NCBI GenBank assembly: GCA_032128115.1
Contig: JAQBHB010000068.1
Location: 8,725 to 72,724, forward strand
DNA length: 64,000 nucleotides
Reading direction: 5' to 3'
Source of the DNA: Deltaproteobacteria bacterium
GTDB lineage: Bacteria; Myxococcota_A; UBA9160; SMWR01
How positions within the stretch are numbered: position 1 is the first letter of the stretch; each line of letters begins with the position of its first letter. Positions 9,242 to 18,848 of the stretch are shown piece after piece. The notes under the pieces were generated by a model. That model did not search any database. It was not told the DNA's origin and saw nothing but the letters and a program-made list of their open reading frames with translations. Made by a program: the position numbers and the translations under genes.

Positions 9242-9700
9242 ATGAACATGAGCGAGAGCGCGGCGGATCGATTCGGCCTGGGTGGCGTCGACCAGATCGG
9301 ATACGTGGTGCGAAGCCTGGAGGCATCGCTTCCCTGCTACGAATCGCTGTTCGGCCCCTTCCAGGTCTACGAAGCGGCGCTGGAGAAGGCCCTGTTTCGC
9401 GGCCGGGAGATCGACTGCCGCCTGAAGATCGCCACCAACAACGCGGGCCCCATCGAGATCGAGCTGATCGAGGTGATGGAGGGCGAGACACCCCACAGCG
9501 AGCACCTGCGCCAGCACGGCGAGGGTCCCCAACACATCCGTTTCCGGGTGGATGGGCTCGAAGCCAGGATCGAAAGCATGGAAGCCGAGGGCTACCGCAA
9601 CATCTTCTTCAAGCGATTCGGGCCCGACACGGCCTTCTCGTACCTGGAATCCCCCAAGGAGATGGGCGGCAAGATCATCGAGCTGCTGGAGATGCCTTAG
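9242..9700 (+). CDS. VOC/glyoxalase family protein (methylmalonyl-CoA epimerase-like)
   Basis: DQIGYVVR, IEIELIE, GEGPQHI, IIELLE; AGGAGG RBS and TATAAT (9215-9220) upstream. Confidence 0.85.
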   Translation: MNMSESAADRFGLGGVDQIGYVVRSLEASLPCYESLFGPFQVYEAALEKALFRGREIDCRLKIATNNAGPIEIELIEVMEGETPHSEHLRQHGEGPQHIRFRVDGLEARIESMEAEGYRNIFFKRFGPDTAFSYLESPKEMGGKIIELLEMP

Positions 9701-10833
9701 CCCCCTGGCGCCGGCGGCGCGTCGGCCGCGCCCCCGCCGACCTCGAGCCAGGCGGTGAAGAGCGTGTAGCCCAGCGCCAGCACCACGGCGCCGGTGAACA
9801 ATCCGATGATGCCATCGAGCATGAAGCCGCCGATGGCGCCCATGAAGAGCACGAGCATGGGCACATCGACGCCCCGCCCCATCAAGAGAGGCTTGAGCAC
9901 GTTGTCCGCCAGCCCCACGAGCGTCGCCCAGATGCCGAAGGCCACCGCGATCTCCACGGAACTCGTCGAAAAGACGTACGCGATGCTCGGACCCAACACC
10001 AGCAGCGTGGGCAGTTGCATCACCGCCAACATCAGCACCAGCAGGGCCCAGAGACCCGCCGCCGGCACTCCCGCGGCCAGCAGGCCGACGCCCGCCAGCA
10101 GCGACTGGATCAGGGCCACGCCCAGGATTCCGCGCGTGACACTCTGCACCGTTGCTCGGGCCAGATCGGTCAGCTCCCCGCCCCGATCCCCCACCAGCCG
10201 GGTGGCGAGGCTCCGCACGGCGGAGGCGCCGCGCCGGCCATTCGCCAGCAGTACGCCGGCGATCAGGATCGAGATCACGAACTTCACGATCCCGATTCCC
10301 GTGGTGGCGCCAGTGGACACGAGCCACATCCCGATCGTCTTGAGCTGGGGAGCGATCTGTTCCAGGGCCGCTTCCAGATTCGAATTGGCCTGGGCCCAGA
10401 AGGCGTGGAGCGGCTCGCCGATGATCGGCCAGGTGGAGACGAAGGCGGGGGGCGGCGGAATCGAGAGCCCGCCATCGTGCAGGCCCCCGGCCAGGTTCGC
10501 GGCGGTTTCCACCAGGCTGGCGGTCAGGGCGACCGTGGGGCCGATGAGGATCAGCAGGGTGCCAAGCACCAGCAGCGCCGCCGCCGAGCGCGACCTGCCA
10601 CCCATGGCGCGCTCGAGACCGCTGTAGACCGGGTGCACGGCCACGGCGATCACGATGCCCCACACGATGGGCTGGATGAACGGCCGCAGGATCTGGAAGC
10701 ACCACAGTCCGAGCAACGCCACCAGGCCGATGCGAACGCCGACCTCGAGCACGCGATGGAGCAGAGCGCGGTTCTCTTCCGAAACACTCGCGGTCGCCAC
10801 GGCACCCCCCTCCCCGTCCACGAGGGACGTCAA
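9697..10833 (-). CDS. AI-2E family (PerM/YdiK-like) transporter
   Basis: Multiple TM segments; DNVLKPLLMGRGVDVPMLVLFMGAIGG..GIIGLFTGAV signature. Start uncertain. Confidence 0.88.
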   Translation of the reverse strand: MTSLVDGEGGAVATASVSEENRALLHRVLEVGVRIGLVALLGLWCFQILRPFIQPIVWGIVIAVAVHPVYSGLERAMGGRSRSAAALLVLGTLLILIGPTVALTASLVETAANLAGGLHDGGLSIPPPPAFVSTWPIIGEPLHAFWAQANSNLEAALEQIAPQLKTIGMWLVSTGATTGIGIVKFVISILIAGVLLANGRRGASAVRSLATRLVGDRGGELTDLARATVQSVTRGILGVALIQSLLAGVGLLAAGVPAAGLWALLVLMLAVMQLPTLLVLGPSIAYVFSTSSVEIAVAFGIWATLVGLADNVLKPLLMGRGVDVPMLVLFMGAIGGFMLDGIIGLFTGAVVLALGYTLFTAWLEVGGGAADAPPAPGG

Positions 10834-10874
10834 TGGAGCGGGTATCGTACTCGAACCGCCGAGCGTGCCGCAGG

Positions 10875-11075
10875 CTAGTGGAGCCGTTCGCGCCAGGCCG
10901 AGGCAAAGCCAGTCAGGGCGCCGGTAAGCGAGTCATGCTTCTGGCTCTGCGCCTTTCGACCCCGTCGCGAAACTTCGAGAACGTACTTGCTGGGATCGCC
11001 ACCATCGGCGCGCACCCGCACGGTGCGACCCTTGTCGCGGTATCGGATTCCGAACGCAAGCGGTCGACTGGACAC
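10875..11075 (-). CDS. Small basic hypothetical protein (66 aa)
   Basis: GGAGGA RBS before GTG; reads MSSRPLAFGIRYRDKGRTVRVR...AWRERLH; fills the intergenic gap. Confidence 0.55.
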   Translation of the reverse strand: MSSRPLAFGIRYRDKGRTVRVRADGGDPSKYVLEVSRRGRKAQSQKHDSLTGALTGFASAWRERLH

Positions 11076-11261
11076 GGTTCCTCCGGGTCGACGGGCTGGC
11101 CTCCGGGTGCGGCGCCCGCCGAATGTCCATCTCTTCGGACCGCGTGACGAAAACCTTGAGCCCGAACGGGAGATTCCGGCCGGTTCTGCCGGCTCGTGAA
11201 GCTGGGGCAAAACAGCCCCGCCCGGGGACACAATGCGTCCCACCGGGAGTACAGTGGCGGG

Positions 11262-12560
11262 GTGGACCCCCTCGAGCTCCTGACCCGCGCGCCCCTGCCC
11301 TTCCTGGCCCGCTGCCGGATTCCGGCCGATCTGGATTCGGTGACCCACGTCGGCCGCGAGCAGCCCCTGGACGGAACCGGGGTCAGCCGTCGCTCGATCG
11401 ATTCCGTGTGGCGTGCGGCCCAGGCCTTCTATCGCACGGGCGTCACCCCCGCGCTCCAGCTGTGCATCCGACGCCGGGGACGCATCGTCTTGAACCGCGC
11501 CCTGGGTCACGCACGTGGCAACGCCCCCGAAGATCCCGACGACGCGGAGAAGCAGCCCATCCGCACCGACACGCCGGTCAACGTCTTCTCGACGGCCAAG
11601 CTGGTGACGGCCATGGTGATCCACAAGCTCGACGAGCAGGGCCTCCTGCACCTGGAAGACCACGTGTGCGACACCATCCCCGAGTTCGGCAGCCACGGGA
11701 AGCAGTTCATCACCCTGCGTCACCTGCTCTCGCACCGGGCGGGCATCCCGAACGTTCCCAGCCAGACCCTGGATCTCGACCTGTTGCAGCAGCCGGAGCG
11801 CATCTGCGAGCTCGTGTGCCAGCTGCGACCCGCCACCCGCCCCGGCCGCCTGGTGGCCTATCACGCCATCAGCAGCGGCTTCGTGCTTGGCGAGGTGGTG
11901 CGCCGTGCCACCGGCGCCACGATTCGCCAGGTGCTCGACGATCTGATCCGCAAGCCACTGGACGTGAAGTGGCTGCACTACGGGGTGGCGCCGGACGACG
12001 TGGACCGGGTGGCGCGCAATGCCTTCACCGGACCGCCGCCGCCGCCCGGCGTGCGCCAACTGCTGCAGCGCGCCCTCGGCCGCCCGCTTCGCGAGATCGT
12101 CGAGCTCTCCAATGATCCGCGCTTCCTCACCGGGATCGTGCCCTCGGGAAACCTGGTGACCACCGCCGAGGACTTCTCCGCATTCCTCGAGTGCATGCTC
12201 CGGAAGGGTGAGTTCGGCGGCGTTCGCATCTTCAACGAGCGCACCATCCAGCACGCCGTCAACGAAGCCAGCTACCGGGAGATCGATCTCACCCTGCTGA
12301 TCCCGCTGCGCTACGGGCTGGGGCCCATGTTGGGAGACGACCCGGTGGGCATCTTCGGCCCGTCGACGGGAAAGGCCTTCGGCCACGTGGGCCTGTCGAA
12401 CATCTTTCCCTGGGCCGACCCGGAGCGGGAGATCTCGGTGGCCTTCCTCACCACGGGAAAGCCGATCGTGAGCACCCACGCCATACGCCTGGTACAGCTG
12501 CTGTGGACCATCAACCGCGTGTTCCCGAAGCACGAAAGCCCCAGCTCCGAAGCCGCCTGA
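11262..12560 (+). CDS. Serine hydrolase, beta-lactamase family esterase (LipE-like)
   Basis: SxxK motif FSTAK, LLSHRAG, YHAIS, AFGHVG. Start placed at the GTG after TACAGT. Confidence 0.88.
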   Translation: MDPLELLTRAPLPFLARCRIPADLDSVTHVGREQPLDGTGVSRRSIDSVWRAAQAFYRTGVTPALQLCIRRRGRIVLNRALGHARGNAPEDPDDAEKQPIRTDTPVNVFSTAKLVTAMVIHKLDEQGLLHLEDHVCDTIPEFGSHGKQFITLRHLLSHRAGIPNVPSQTLDLDLLQQPERICELVCQLRPATRPGRLVAYHAISSGFVLGEVVRRATGATIRQVLDDLIRKPLDVKWLHYGVAPDDVDRVARNAFTGPPPPPGVRQLLQRALGRPLREIVELSNDPRFLTGIVPSGNLVTTAEDFSAFLECMLRKGEFGGVRIFNERTIQHAVNEASYREIDLTLLIPLRYGLGPMLGDDPVGIFGPSTGKAFGHVGLSNIFPWADPEREISVAFLTTGKPIVSTHAIRLVQLLWTINRVFPKHESPSSEAA

Positions 12561-12579
12561 CCGGGTTTCACGCGCCTGC

Positions 12580-13401
12580 TCAGGACGTGGAGAGCGCCCT
12601 TGCCGAGTACGCCTGCGCGATCGCCTTCATCTCTTCGGTGAATTCGATCTTCTCCGGGGTGTACCCGGGCAGGTAGGTGGGCAGCAGCTTCGGGAGCAAG
12701 CCCTTCCGCGCCATGCGCGCCCGCATCCTCTCGCGCTGCTTGCGGCCGTGAAGTCCGCCGTACCTGGACAGGCAGTCGGGGTCGGCCTCGAGCATGTAGC
12801 GGGCCACACGGAGCGTCCAGCGGCTCATGTGCCACTGGGCAAACAGGCCGACGAACAGGCGATGGAAGTAGCCGCCGCAGACGTGCTGGTACACGTCGAA
12901 CGCCACCGTGCGGTGTTCGAGTTCCTCCACCAGGTGCCACAGGAAGAGATCGCGGACGGCGGGGTGCATGCCCTGGAACTGCTTCGACTCCAGGGCGAAG
13001 CGCGCGCTGGCGGTGGTCAGGGCCTCGAAGCCCTCGGCGTAGGCCAGGTTGAACCGCAGCGACTTCGTGTTCGAGAAGCGCTGATAGTCGGCCTCGAGCT
13101 CGTCTTCGAATTCCTGGAGGCGCGGGAAGCCCTGCTTCCGGATCACGTCATTGAAGCGCCGGTGTTCGCGGTAGTGTTGCCCCTCCTGGGCACTGAAGCG
13201 CTCCAGATCCACCACCAGATCCGGATCCCGAACCCGCTTCTTCGCCACCTTCAGGGTCCGGATCAGGTAGGGCTCGAGATAGGGCAGGAGCAACGACAAG
13301 GCGACGATGCCGTAGGATTGTTCCGGCTGCCCCGCGATGCAGACCGCCGGAATGTCGTCGGCGAAGTCGAATCCCATGCGTCGGACGGTGATGTCGTGCA
13401 C
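12580..13401 (-). CDS. Predicted metal-dependent hydrolase (ferritin-like fold)
   Basis: QEGQH..EH, EALT, WHLVEELEHRTVAFDVY. Confidence 0.85.
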   Translation of the reverse strand: MHDITVRRMGFDFADDIPAVCIAGQPEQSYGIVALSLLLPYLEPYLIRTLKVAKKRVRDPDLVVDLERFSAQEGQHYREHRRFNDVIRKQGFPRLQEFEDELEADYQRFSNTKSLRFNLAYAEGFEALTTASARFALESKQFQGMHPAVRDLFLWHLVEELEHRTVAFDVYQHVCGGYFHRLFVGLFAQWHMSRWTLRVARYMLEADPDCLSRYGGLHGRKQRERMRARMARKGLLPKLLPTYLPGYTPEKIEFTEEMKAIAQAYSARALSTS

Positions 13402-13440
13402 GGCCCCGCGCCTCCCCGAGATGCTCTACTCTAGCGGCCC

Positions 13441-14340
13441 GTGGCCGACTTCGAGAACACCACACTCCACGCGAACGGGATGTCGTTCTCGGCCCTCGCC
13501 CAGGGCGAGGGTCCGGTGGTGCTGTGCCTGCACGGCTTCCCGGACTGCCTGCGCTCCTTCCGGCACCAGCTCCCGGCCCTGGCCGACGCGGGCTTCCGGG
13601 CCGTGGCTCCCGCGCTGCGGGGCTACGAGCCAAAGACCCTGCCCCCCGACGGCGACTACCACATGGTGCGCATGGCCGAGGACGTGGTGGGCTGGATCGA
13701 CGACCTGGGCCAGGAACGCGTTCACCTGGTGGGCCACGATTGGGGCGCCGTGATCGGCTACTGCGTCGCCGCGCTGGCTCCCGAGCGCTTCCACTCGCTG
13801 ACCACCCTGGCCGTGCCCCACCCGGGCCGCATGCAGCAGGATGGCCTGCGCCAGATCCCGTCCCAGCTGCGCCACTCCTGGTACATGTTCTTCTTCCAGC
13901 TCCGGGGGCTCTCCGACGCGGTCGTTTCGGCGCGCGACTGGGCCTTCATCGAGAAGCTCTGGCGCGACTGGTCGCCCGGCTGGGATCCGCCGCCCGAAGA
14001 GATGGCGGCGGTCAAGAAAACCCTGGCCCAGCCCGGCGTGAAGCGCGCCGCCCTGGGCTACTACCGCGACGCCTTCGGCTTCCTCTCGCGTGCGGCACGC
14101 GAAACCCGAACGCTGCTGCTGTCTCCCATCCGCGTGCCCACCCTGGCCTTCACCGGCGACCGCGACGGCTGCATGGACACGCGCCTGCACGACATCGCCA
14201 TGCAGGCGCGAGACTTCCCGTCGGGATTCGAAGTAGAGCGCGTGCAGGGGGCGGGCCACTTCCTCCACCAGGAGAAGCCCGAACTCGTCAATCGCATCCT
14301 GCTGGACTGGCTGACGCGGCGCGCCCGCCCGCGGACCTGA
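13441..14340 (+). CDS. Alpha/beta hydrolase (epoxide hydrolase-like)
   Basis: LHGFPD, LRGY, GHDWGA, GAGHFLHQEKP. Confidence 0.92.
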   Translation: MADFENTTLHANGMSFSALAQGEGPVVLCLHGFPDCLRSFRHQLPALADAGFRAVAPALRGYEPKTLPPDGDYHMVRMAEDVVGWIDDLGQERVHLVGHDWGAVIGYCVAALAPERFHSLTTLAVPHPGRMQQDGLRQIPSQLRHSWYMFFFQLRGLSDAVVSARDWAFIEKLWRDWSPGWDPPPEEMAAVKKTLAQPGVKRAALGYYRDAFGFLSRAARETRTLLLSPIRVPTLAFTGDRDGCMDTRLHDIAMQARDFPSGFEVERVQGAGHFLHQEKPELVNRILLDWLTRRARPRT

Positions 14341-14353
14341 AACCGGAGCCTCC

Positions 14354-15958
14354 ATGGCCGATGAAACCGCCGATGTCGTGATCGTAGGAGCCGGAGCCGC
14401 AGGCGCTGCCCTGGCCTGGAGCCTGGCCGAGACGCGCATGAACATCGTGTGCCTCGAGCAGGGCGACTGGATGGATCCCGCGGAGTATCCCACCACCGGC
14501 AGCCACTGGGAGATGCGGCAGTTCGGAGATTTCGGTCTGAGTCCCAACTCCCGGGGGCGCCCGGAGGACTATCCGGTCAACGAGGACGACTCGCCCATCT
14601 CGATTTCGAACTTCAATGCCGTGGGCGGCAGCACCATCCTCTACGCCGCCCACTTCCCGCGCTTCCGCCCCTCGGACTTCAAGGTCAAGACCCTCGACGG
14701 CGTAGCCGACGACTGGCCGCTGGACTACGAGACCCTGGCGCCCTGGTACGACGTGAACGCGCGCATGATGGGCGTGGCCGGCCTGGCGGGCGATCCTGCC
14801 TATCCCGACAAACAGCTGCCGCTTCCGCCCGTGCCGCTGGGCAGACTGGGCGAAACCCTGGCCCGTGGCTTCAACGAACTGGGCTGGCACTGGTGGCCCT
14901 CGGACAGCGCCATCGCCACCCGCGAGTACGAGGGCCGCGCGCCCTGTATCAACCTGGGCCCCTGCATCATGGGCTGCGCCCAGGGCGCCAAGGCCAGTAC
15001 CGATGTCACCTACTGGCCCGTGGCGGTGCGACGCGGCGTCAGCCTCAAGACCCACTGCCGGGTGCGCGAGATCAGCGTGGGCGACGACGGCCTGGCCAAC
15101 GGCGTGATCTACTACGACGCCGGAGGGGTCGAGCGCGTACAGAAGGCCGAGGTGGTGGTGCTTGCGTGCAATGGTGTGGGCACGCCGCGACTGCTGCTGA
15201 ACTCGAAATCCCGGCTGTTCCCAGACGGCCTCGCGAACTCCAGCGGGCTGGTGGGCCGCAATCTCATGTTCCACCCCTACGCCATGCTGACCGGCGTCTT
15301 CGACGATCGGCTCGAGGGATACAAGGGACCCACCGGCTGCATGATCATGAGCCAGGAATTCTACGAAACGGACGTCTCGCGCGGCTTCGTGCGGGGCTAT
15401 TCGTTCGAGGGATTGCGGGGCATGGGGCCGGTCTCCATGGCCCTGCTGGGGATGTCGTCGGGGAAGGTGCCGTGGGGCGCCGGACACCACGAGGCCTACG
15501 ACGGGCTGTTCGACCACACGGCGGGCATGGTGGTGATCAGCGAGGACCTGCCGGATCCCGAGAACCGGGTGACCCTGGACCCGACGCTGACCGACGGCAA
15601 CGGCATCCCCGCCCCGAAGATCCACTACCGGCTCAGCGACAACAGCCGGAAGATGCTCGAACACGCGGTCGCCCGGGGCCAGGAGGTCCTGGAGGCCGCG
15701 GGCGCCAAACAGACGTGGGCCGAACCGCTGCTTCGGGTGGCCGGCTGGCACCTGATGGGAACCGCGCGCATGGGCAGCGACCCCACCACCTCGGTGGTGA
15801 ACGACTGGGGCCGCGCCCACGACGTGAAGAATCTCTTCATCATCGACGGCAGCATCTTCGTGACGGCTGCCGCCGTGAACCCGACCAACACGATCCAGGC
15901 CCTGTCCCTGTACATTGCCGACCGGATCAAGCAGAACCTGACCCACCTGTTCGACTGA
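14354..15958 (+). CDS. GMC family oxidoreductase (flavoprotein subunit)
   Basis: GAGAAG, VGGST, CINLGPC..GC, TPRLLLNS, HLMGTARMG, NPTNT. Confidence 0.92.
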   Translation: MADETADVVIVGAGAAGAALAWSLAETRMNIVCLEQGDWMDPAEYPTTGSHWEMRQFGDFGLSPNSRGRPEDYPVNEDDSPISISNFNAVGGSTILYAAHFPRFRPSDFKVKTLDGVADDWPLDYETLAPWYDVNARMMGVAGLAGDPAYPDKQLPLPPVPLGRLGETLARGFNELGWHWWPSDSAIATREYEGRAPCINLGPCIMGCAQGAKASTDVTYWPVAVRRGVSLKTHCRVREISVGDDGLANGVIYYDAGGVERVQKAEVVVLACNGVGTPRLLLNSKSRLFPDGLANSSGLVGRNLMFHPYAMLTGVFDDRLEGYKGPTGCMIMSQEFYETDVSRGFVRGYSFEGLRGMGPVSMALLGMSSGKVPWGAGHHEAYDGLFDHTAGMVVISEDLPDPENRVTLDPTLTDGNGIPAPKIHYRLSDNSRKMLEHAVARGQEVLEAAGAKQTWAEPLLRVAGWHLMGTARMGSDPTTSVVNDWGRAHDVKNLFIIDGSIFVTAAAVNPTNTIQALSLYIADRIKQNLTHLFD

Positions 15959-15976
15959 AGGTCACGGAAGAAGATC

Positions 15977-16453
15977 ATGAGAGACGCCCGGAACGAATCC
16001 GTTCTCACCCCGGAAGAGCAGCAGAGCCTGTCGAGCGTGCTGGACCTGATCATCCCGCCGCGCCCCGACGGCCGCGCCCCCGGCGCGGGTGCGCTCGGTG
16101 GGGTCGCCTCCATCGAGGCGGCGATCCGGAAGTCGCCCGACCTGCGGCCCGCGGTGGTGGGCGGGCTCATCGCCCTGGCGAAGGCGGCGCGCGAGCGAGG
16201 CGCCGGCGACTTCGCCGCCCTCTCGGATGACGACCGACTGCAGGCGCTCAACCAGGTAGCCGCCGCGGAGCCGGCCTTCCTGCCGGGCCTGATCTTCCAT
16301 ACCTACGTGGGCTACTACCAGGATGGGCGCGTGGTGGAGGCTCTGGGCCTTCCGGCGCGCCCGCCGCACCCCCAGGGCTACGAGCTCGAGACCGGCGACC
16401 TGGGCCTGCTTGACGCGGTTCGCCGGCGACCCAAGATGTATCGCCAACCCTGA
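15977..16453 (+). CDS. Gluconate 2-dehydrogenase subunit 3-like partner protein
   Basis: LDLIIP, PGAG, F..L....R...L, GYY motif; lies directly after the GMC gene. Confidence 0.72.
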   Translation: MRDARNESVLTPEEQQSLSSVLDLIIPPRPDGRAPGAGALGGVASIEAAIRKSPDLRPAVVGGLIALAKAARERGAGDFAALSDDDRLQALNQVAAAEPAFLPGLIFHTYVGYYQDGRVVEALGLPARPPHPQGYELETGDLGLLDAVRRRPKMYRQP

Positions 16454-16505
16454 TTCCCGACCGGAGACTCCCAACCGGAGACCCCTTGAAGCGAGGAGTG
16501 AAGCC

Positions 16506-17093
16506 ATGACCCAACCCGATCCGCGCCAGACCACCTTCACCCGCATGCAGGACGGCACGCGCGAGGACTACAAAATCGTCATGCGCCACGCCCTCGAGTT
16601 CGGAAGCGGCCTGCCGGGACGTGTGCTCGAGCACCTCGGGAAGCTCTCGGGCGATACGGGTGGCTACGCCGTCGATCGCCTGACCCACAGCCTGCAGTCG
16701 GCCACCCGGGCCCAGCGCGACGGGCGCGACGACGAGTACGTGGCCTGCGCCCTGCTCCACGACATCGGCGACACCCTGGCTCCCGCCAACCACTCGGAGC
16801 TGGCCGCCACCCTCCTCGAGCCCTTCATCTCGGAGAAGAACCACTGGATCGTGAAGCACCACGGCATCTTCCAGGGTTACTACTTCTTCCACCACATGGG
16901 GCTCGATCGGAATATGCGCGACCGCTATCGGGATCACCCCTATTGGCGCGACTGCGCCGAGTTCTGCGCCAGGTACGACGAGAACTGCTTCGATCCCGAC
17001 TACGACACGCTTGCGCTGTCGCATTTCGAGCCCCTGGTGCACGACCTGTTCAAGACGCCCAAACGATCCATCTACCTGGCTGCGTCGCCCTGA
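16506..17093 (+). CDS. HD-domain metalloprotein (PhnZ/TmpB/MIOX-like ligand pattern)
   Basis: THSLQSA, LLHDIGD, NH, KHHG, YDE; GAGGAG RBS. Confidence 0.85.
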   Translation: MTQPDPRQTTFTRMQDGTREDYKIVMRHALEFGSGLPGRVLEHLGKLSGDTGGYAVDRLTHSLQSATRAQRDGRDDEYVACALLHDIGDTLAPANHSELAATLLEPFISEKNHWIVKHHGIFQGYYFFHHMGLDRNMRDRYRDHPYWRDCAEFCARYDENCFDPDYDTLALSHFEPLVHDLFKTPKRSIYLAASP

Positions 17094-18248
17094 TCAGGTA
17101 GACAGCACCGTCACGCAGCTGACACCGGGAAAGCCGTAGACGTGGGTGAAGCCGGTCTTGAGGGGCTTGGGTACCTGGCGATCGCCCGCCTCACGGCGTA
17201 GCTGCAGGCACACCTCGTAGACCTGACGCAGGCCCGAGGCGCCGATGGGCTCTCCGTTCGCCATCAGGCCGCCGTCCGTGTTGATGGGCAGGCGCCCGTC
17301 GATCTCGGTGGCCCCCTCGCGGATCCAGGCCTCCTGCTCGCCGTCCTTGCAGAAGCCATTCTCGGCCATGTGCATGATCTCGTGCCCCGCTTCCGTGTCC
17401 TGCACCTGGGCGATGTCGATGTCTCCGGGCCCGATGCCCGCCATTTCGTAGGCCGCCTGGGATGCCTGCACCGAGGGGCTCGGCACGCTCTCGGCGGGCT
17501 GCGACGGGCTCATGGTTTCGAACGAACCGTAGAGCCGGGTGCGGAACACGTCGGCGCGCAGCAGGATCGGTTTGCTGGTGTAACGCCGCGCCACGTCTGC
17601 GCGACACACCACCATGGCGGCCGCCCCCTCGCTGGGCGAGCAGAAGTGGTACTGGCGCAGCGGGTCGCAGACCATGGCCGAGTTGGCGATGGCGTCGTAG
17701 GGCAATGCCTTGCGCCGCCAGGCCTTCGGATTCCGCGAGCCGTTCTGGAAGGCCTTCACCGCCACCCGGTTGAGGCAGTCCTCGCTGATGCCGTGGTCGT
17801 ACATGTAGCGCCGGGTCTTCATGGCGAAGTACTGGGGATTCACGGCCATGCCCGTCTGGCCGTACCACTGGCCCAGGCCGATGCCCTCCAGATCGTCTCC
17901 CACCGAGAACGCGCCGCGCGGGTGCTTGTCGAATCCCACGGCGATCCCGATGTCACCAATGCCGGCGGCGATGCTGTTGGCGGCATTGAGCAGCAGGCTT
18001 CCGCCTGTGGCACAACCATTGAAGATCGAGGTGAAGGGAATACCCGTGAGCCCCATGAATTTGATCATGGCGTCCGGCTGTACCACCTCGAGGGCGCCGG
18101 CACAGGCAAACTGGACGTCCTTCCAGCGCACCCCCGCATCGTCGAGCGCCTCGTTGGCTGCCTTCACGCCCATCTGGATGGCATTGACGCCCTCGTGACG
18201 GCCGAACGGATGCAGACCGATGCCGATGATGGCGATGTCCGTATTCAT
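17094..18248 (-). CDS. Thiolase family protein (SCP-x/Ltp-like)
   Basis: NGCATGG, CSPSEGAAA, QVQDTE, INTDGGLMANGEPIGASG. Confidence 0.9.
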   Translation of the reverse strand: MNTDIAIIGIGLHPFGRHEGVNAIQMGVKAANEALDDAGVRWKDVQFACAGALEVVQPDAMIKFMGLTGIPFTSIFNGCATGGSLLLNAANSIAAGIGDIGIAVGFDKHPRGAFSVGDDLEGIGLGQWYGQTGMAVNPQYFAMKTRRYMYDHGISEDCLNRVAVKAFQNGSRNPKAWRRKALPYDAIANSAMVCDPLRQYHFCSPSEGAAAMVVCRADVARRYTSKPILLRADVFRTRLYGSFETMSPSQPAESVPSPSVQASQAAYEMAGIGPGDIDIAQVQDTEAGHEIMHMAENGFCKDGEQEAWIREGATEIDGRLPINTDGGLMANGEPIGASGLRQVYEVCLQLRREAGDRQVPKPLKTGFTHVYGFPGVSCVTVLST

Positions 18249-18279
18249 CTCGATTCCCCCGACTCCTGGAGTCGGCCTC

Positions 18280-18720
18280 CTAGTCCGCGAGCGGCTGGAA
18301 GGCGAATGTCATCAGCCCGTTGCCATCCTCGTCTTCGACGAATTCCCCGATGACGAGTTCCATCTCCATACCGATCCTCAGCTTCTCGGGATCGCTCTCG
18401 GTCAGACGCGTCTCCACGCGGATGCCCTCGGGCAGCTCCACGTAGCCCACTCCGAAGGGCACGAAGGTTTCCCGGTCAGCGTTTCCAATGTAGGGAGGAG
18501 CCGGGGGCGGAAACCGCTGGATGGTAAAGGTCCACAGGACGCCGCGCGTGCTCAGCAGCACCTCTTCGGCGTTGCGACCGGTGCAGCTGGGACACGCGTC
18601 CTGGCGGGGAAACGTGATCTCTCCACAGTCCTTGCACTTGCCGGCAATCAGCTGGGGCCGGTCGGACGGCCAGGTGTAGAGACCCTCCTGGATGGGGATC
18701 TGCTTCTTCGCCACCGCCAT
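18280..18720 (-). CDS. Zn-ribbon/OB-fold DUF35 protein (thiolase partner)
   Basis: CKDC...CPSC, G.LWTFT, PFGVGYVELPEG, LRIGMEMELV. Confidence 0.9.
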   Translation of the reverse strand: MAVAKKQIPIQEGLYTWPSDRPQLIAGKCKDCGEITFPRQDACPSCTGRNAEEVLLSTRGVLWTFTIQRFPPPAPPYIGNADRETFVPFGVGYVELPEGIRVETRLTESDPEKLRIGMEMELVIGEFVEDEDGNGLMTFAFQPLAD

Positions 18721-18770
18721 GAGCCTGCCTCCGCGAAACGATGCGCAGTATACCCTCCGCCCGGATTCTG

Positions 18771-18826
18771 GAGCGAGGCGCGAGGAGCGAGGAGCGAGGA
18801 GCGAGGAGCGAGGAGCGAGGAGCGAA
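18771..18826. repeat. 7-bp tandem repeat (GAGCGAG)x8
   Basis: Eight consecutive units, two of them with one mismatch, between divergent genes. Confidence 0.95.
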
Positions 18827-18848
18827 GAGAGGAGTACCCTCCGGGCCC

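Noticed and set aside
18771..18826. Repeat array as CRISPR or as the N-terminus of the helicase
   Set aside because: Units are 7 bp with no spacers and there are no cas genes; the helicase more plausibly starts at 18849.
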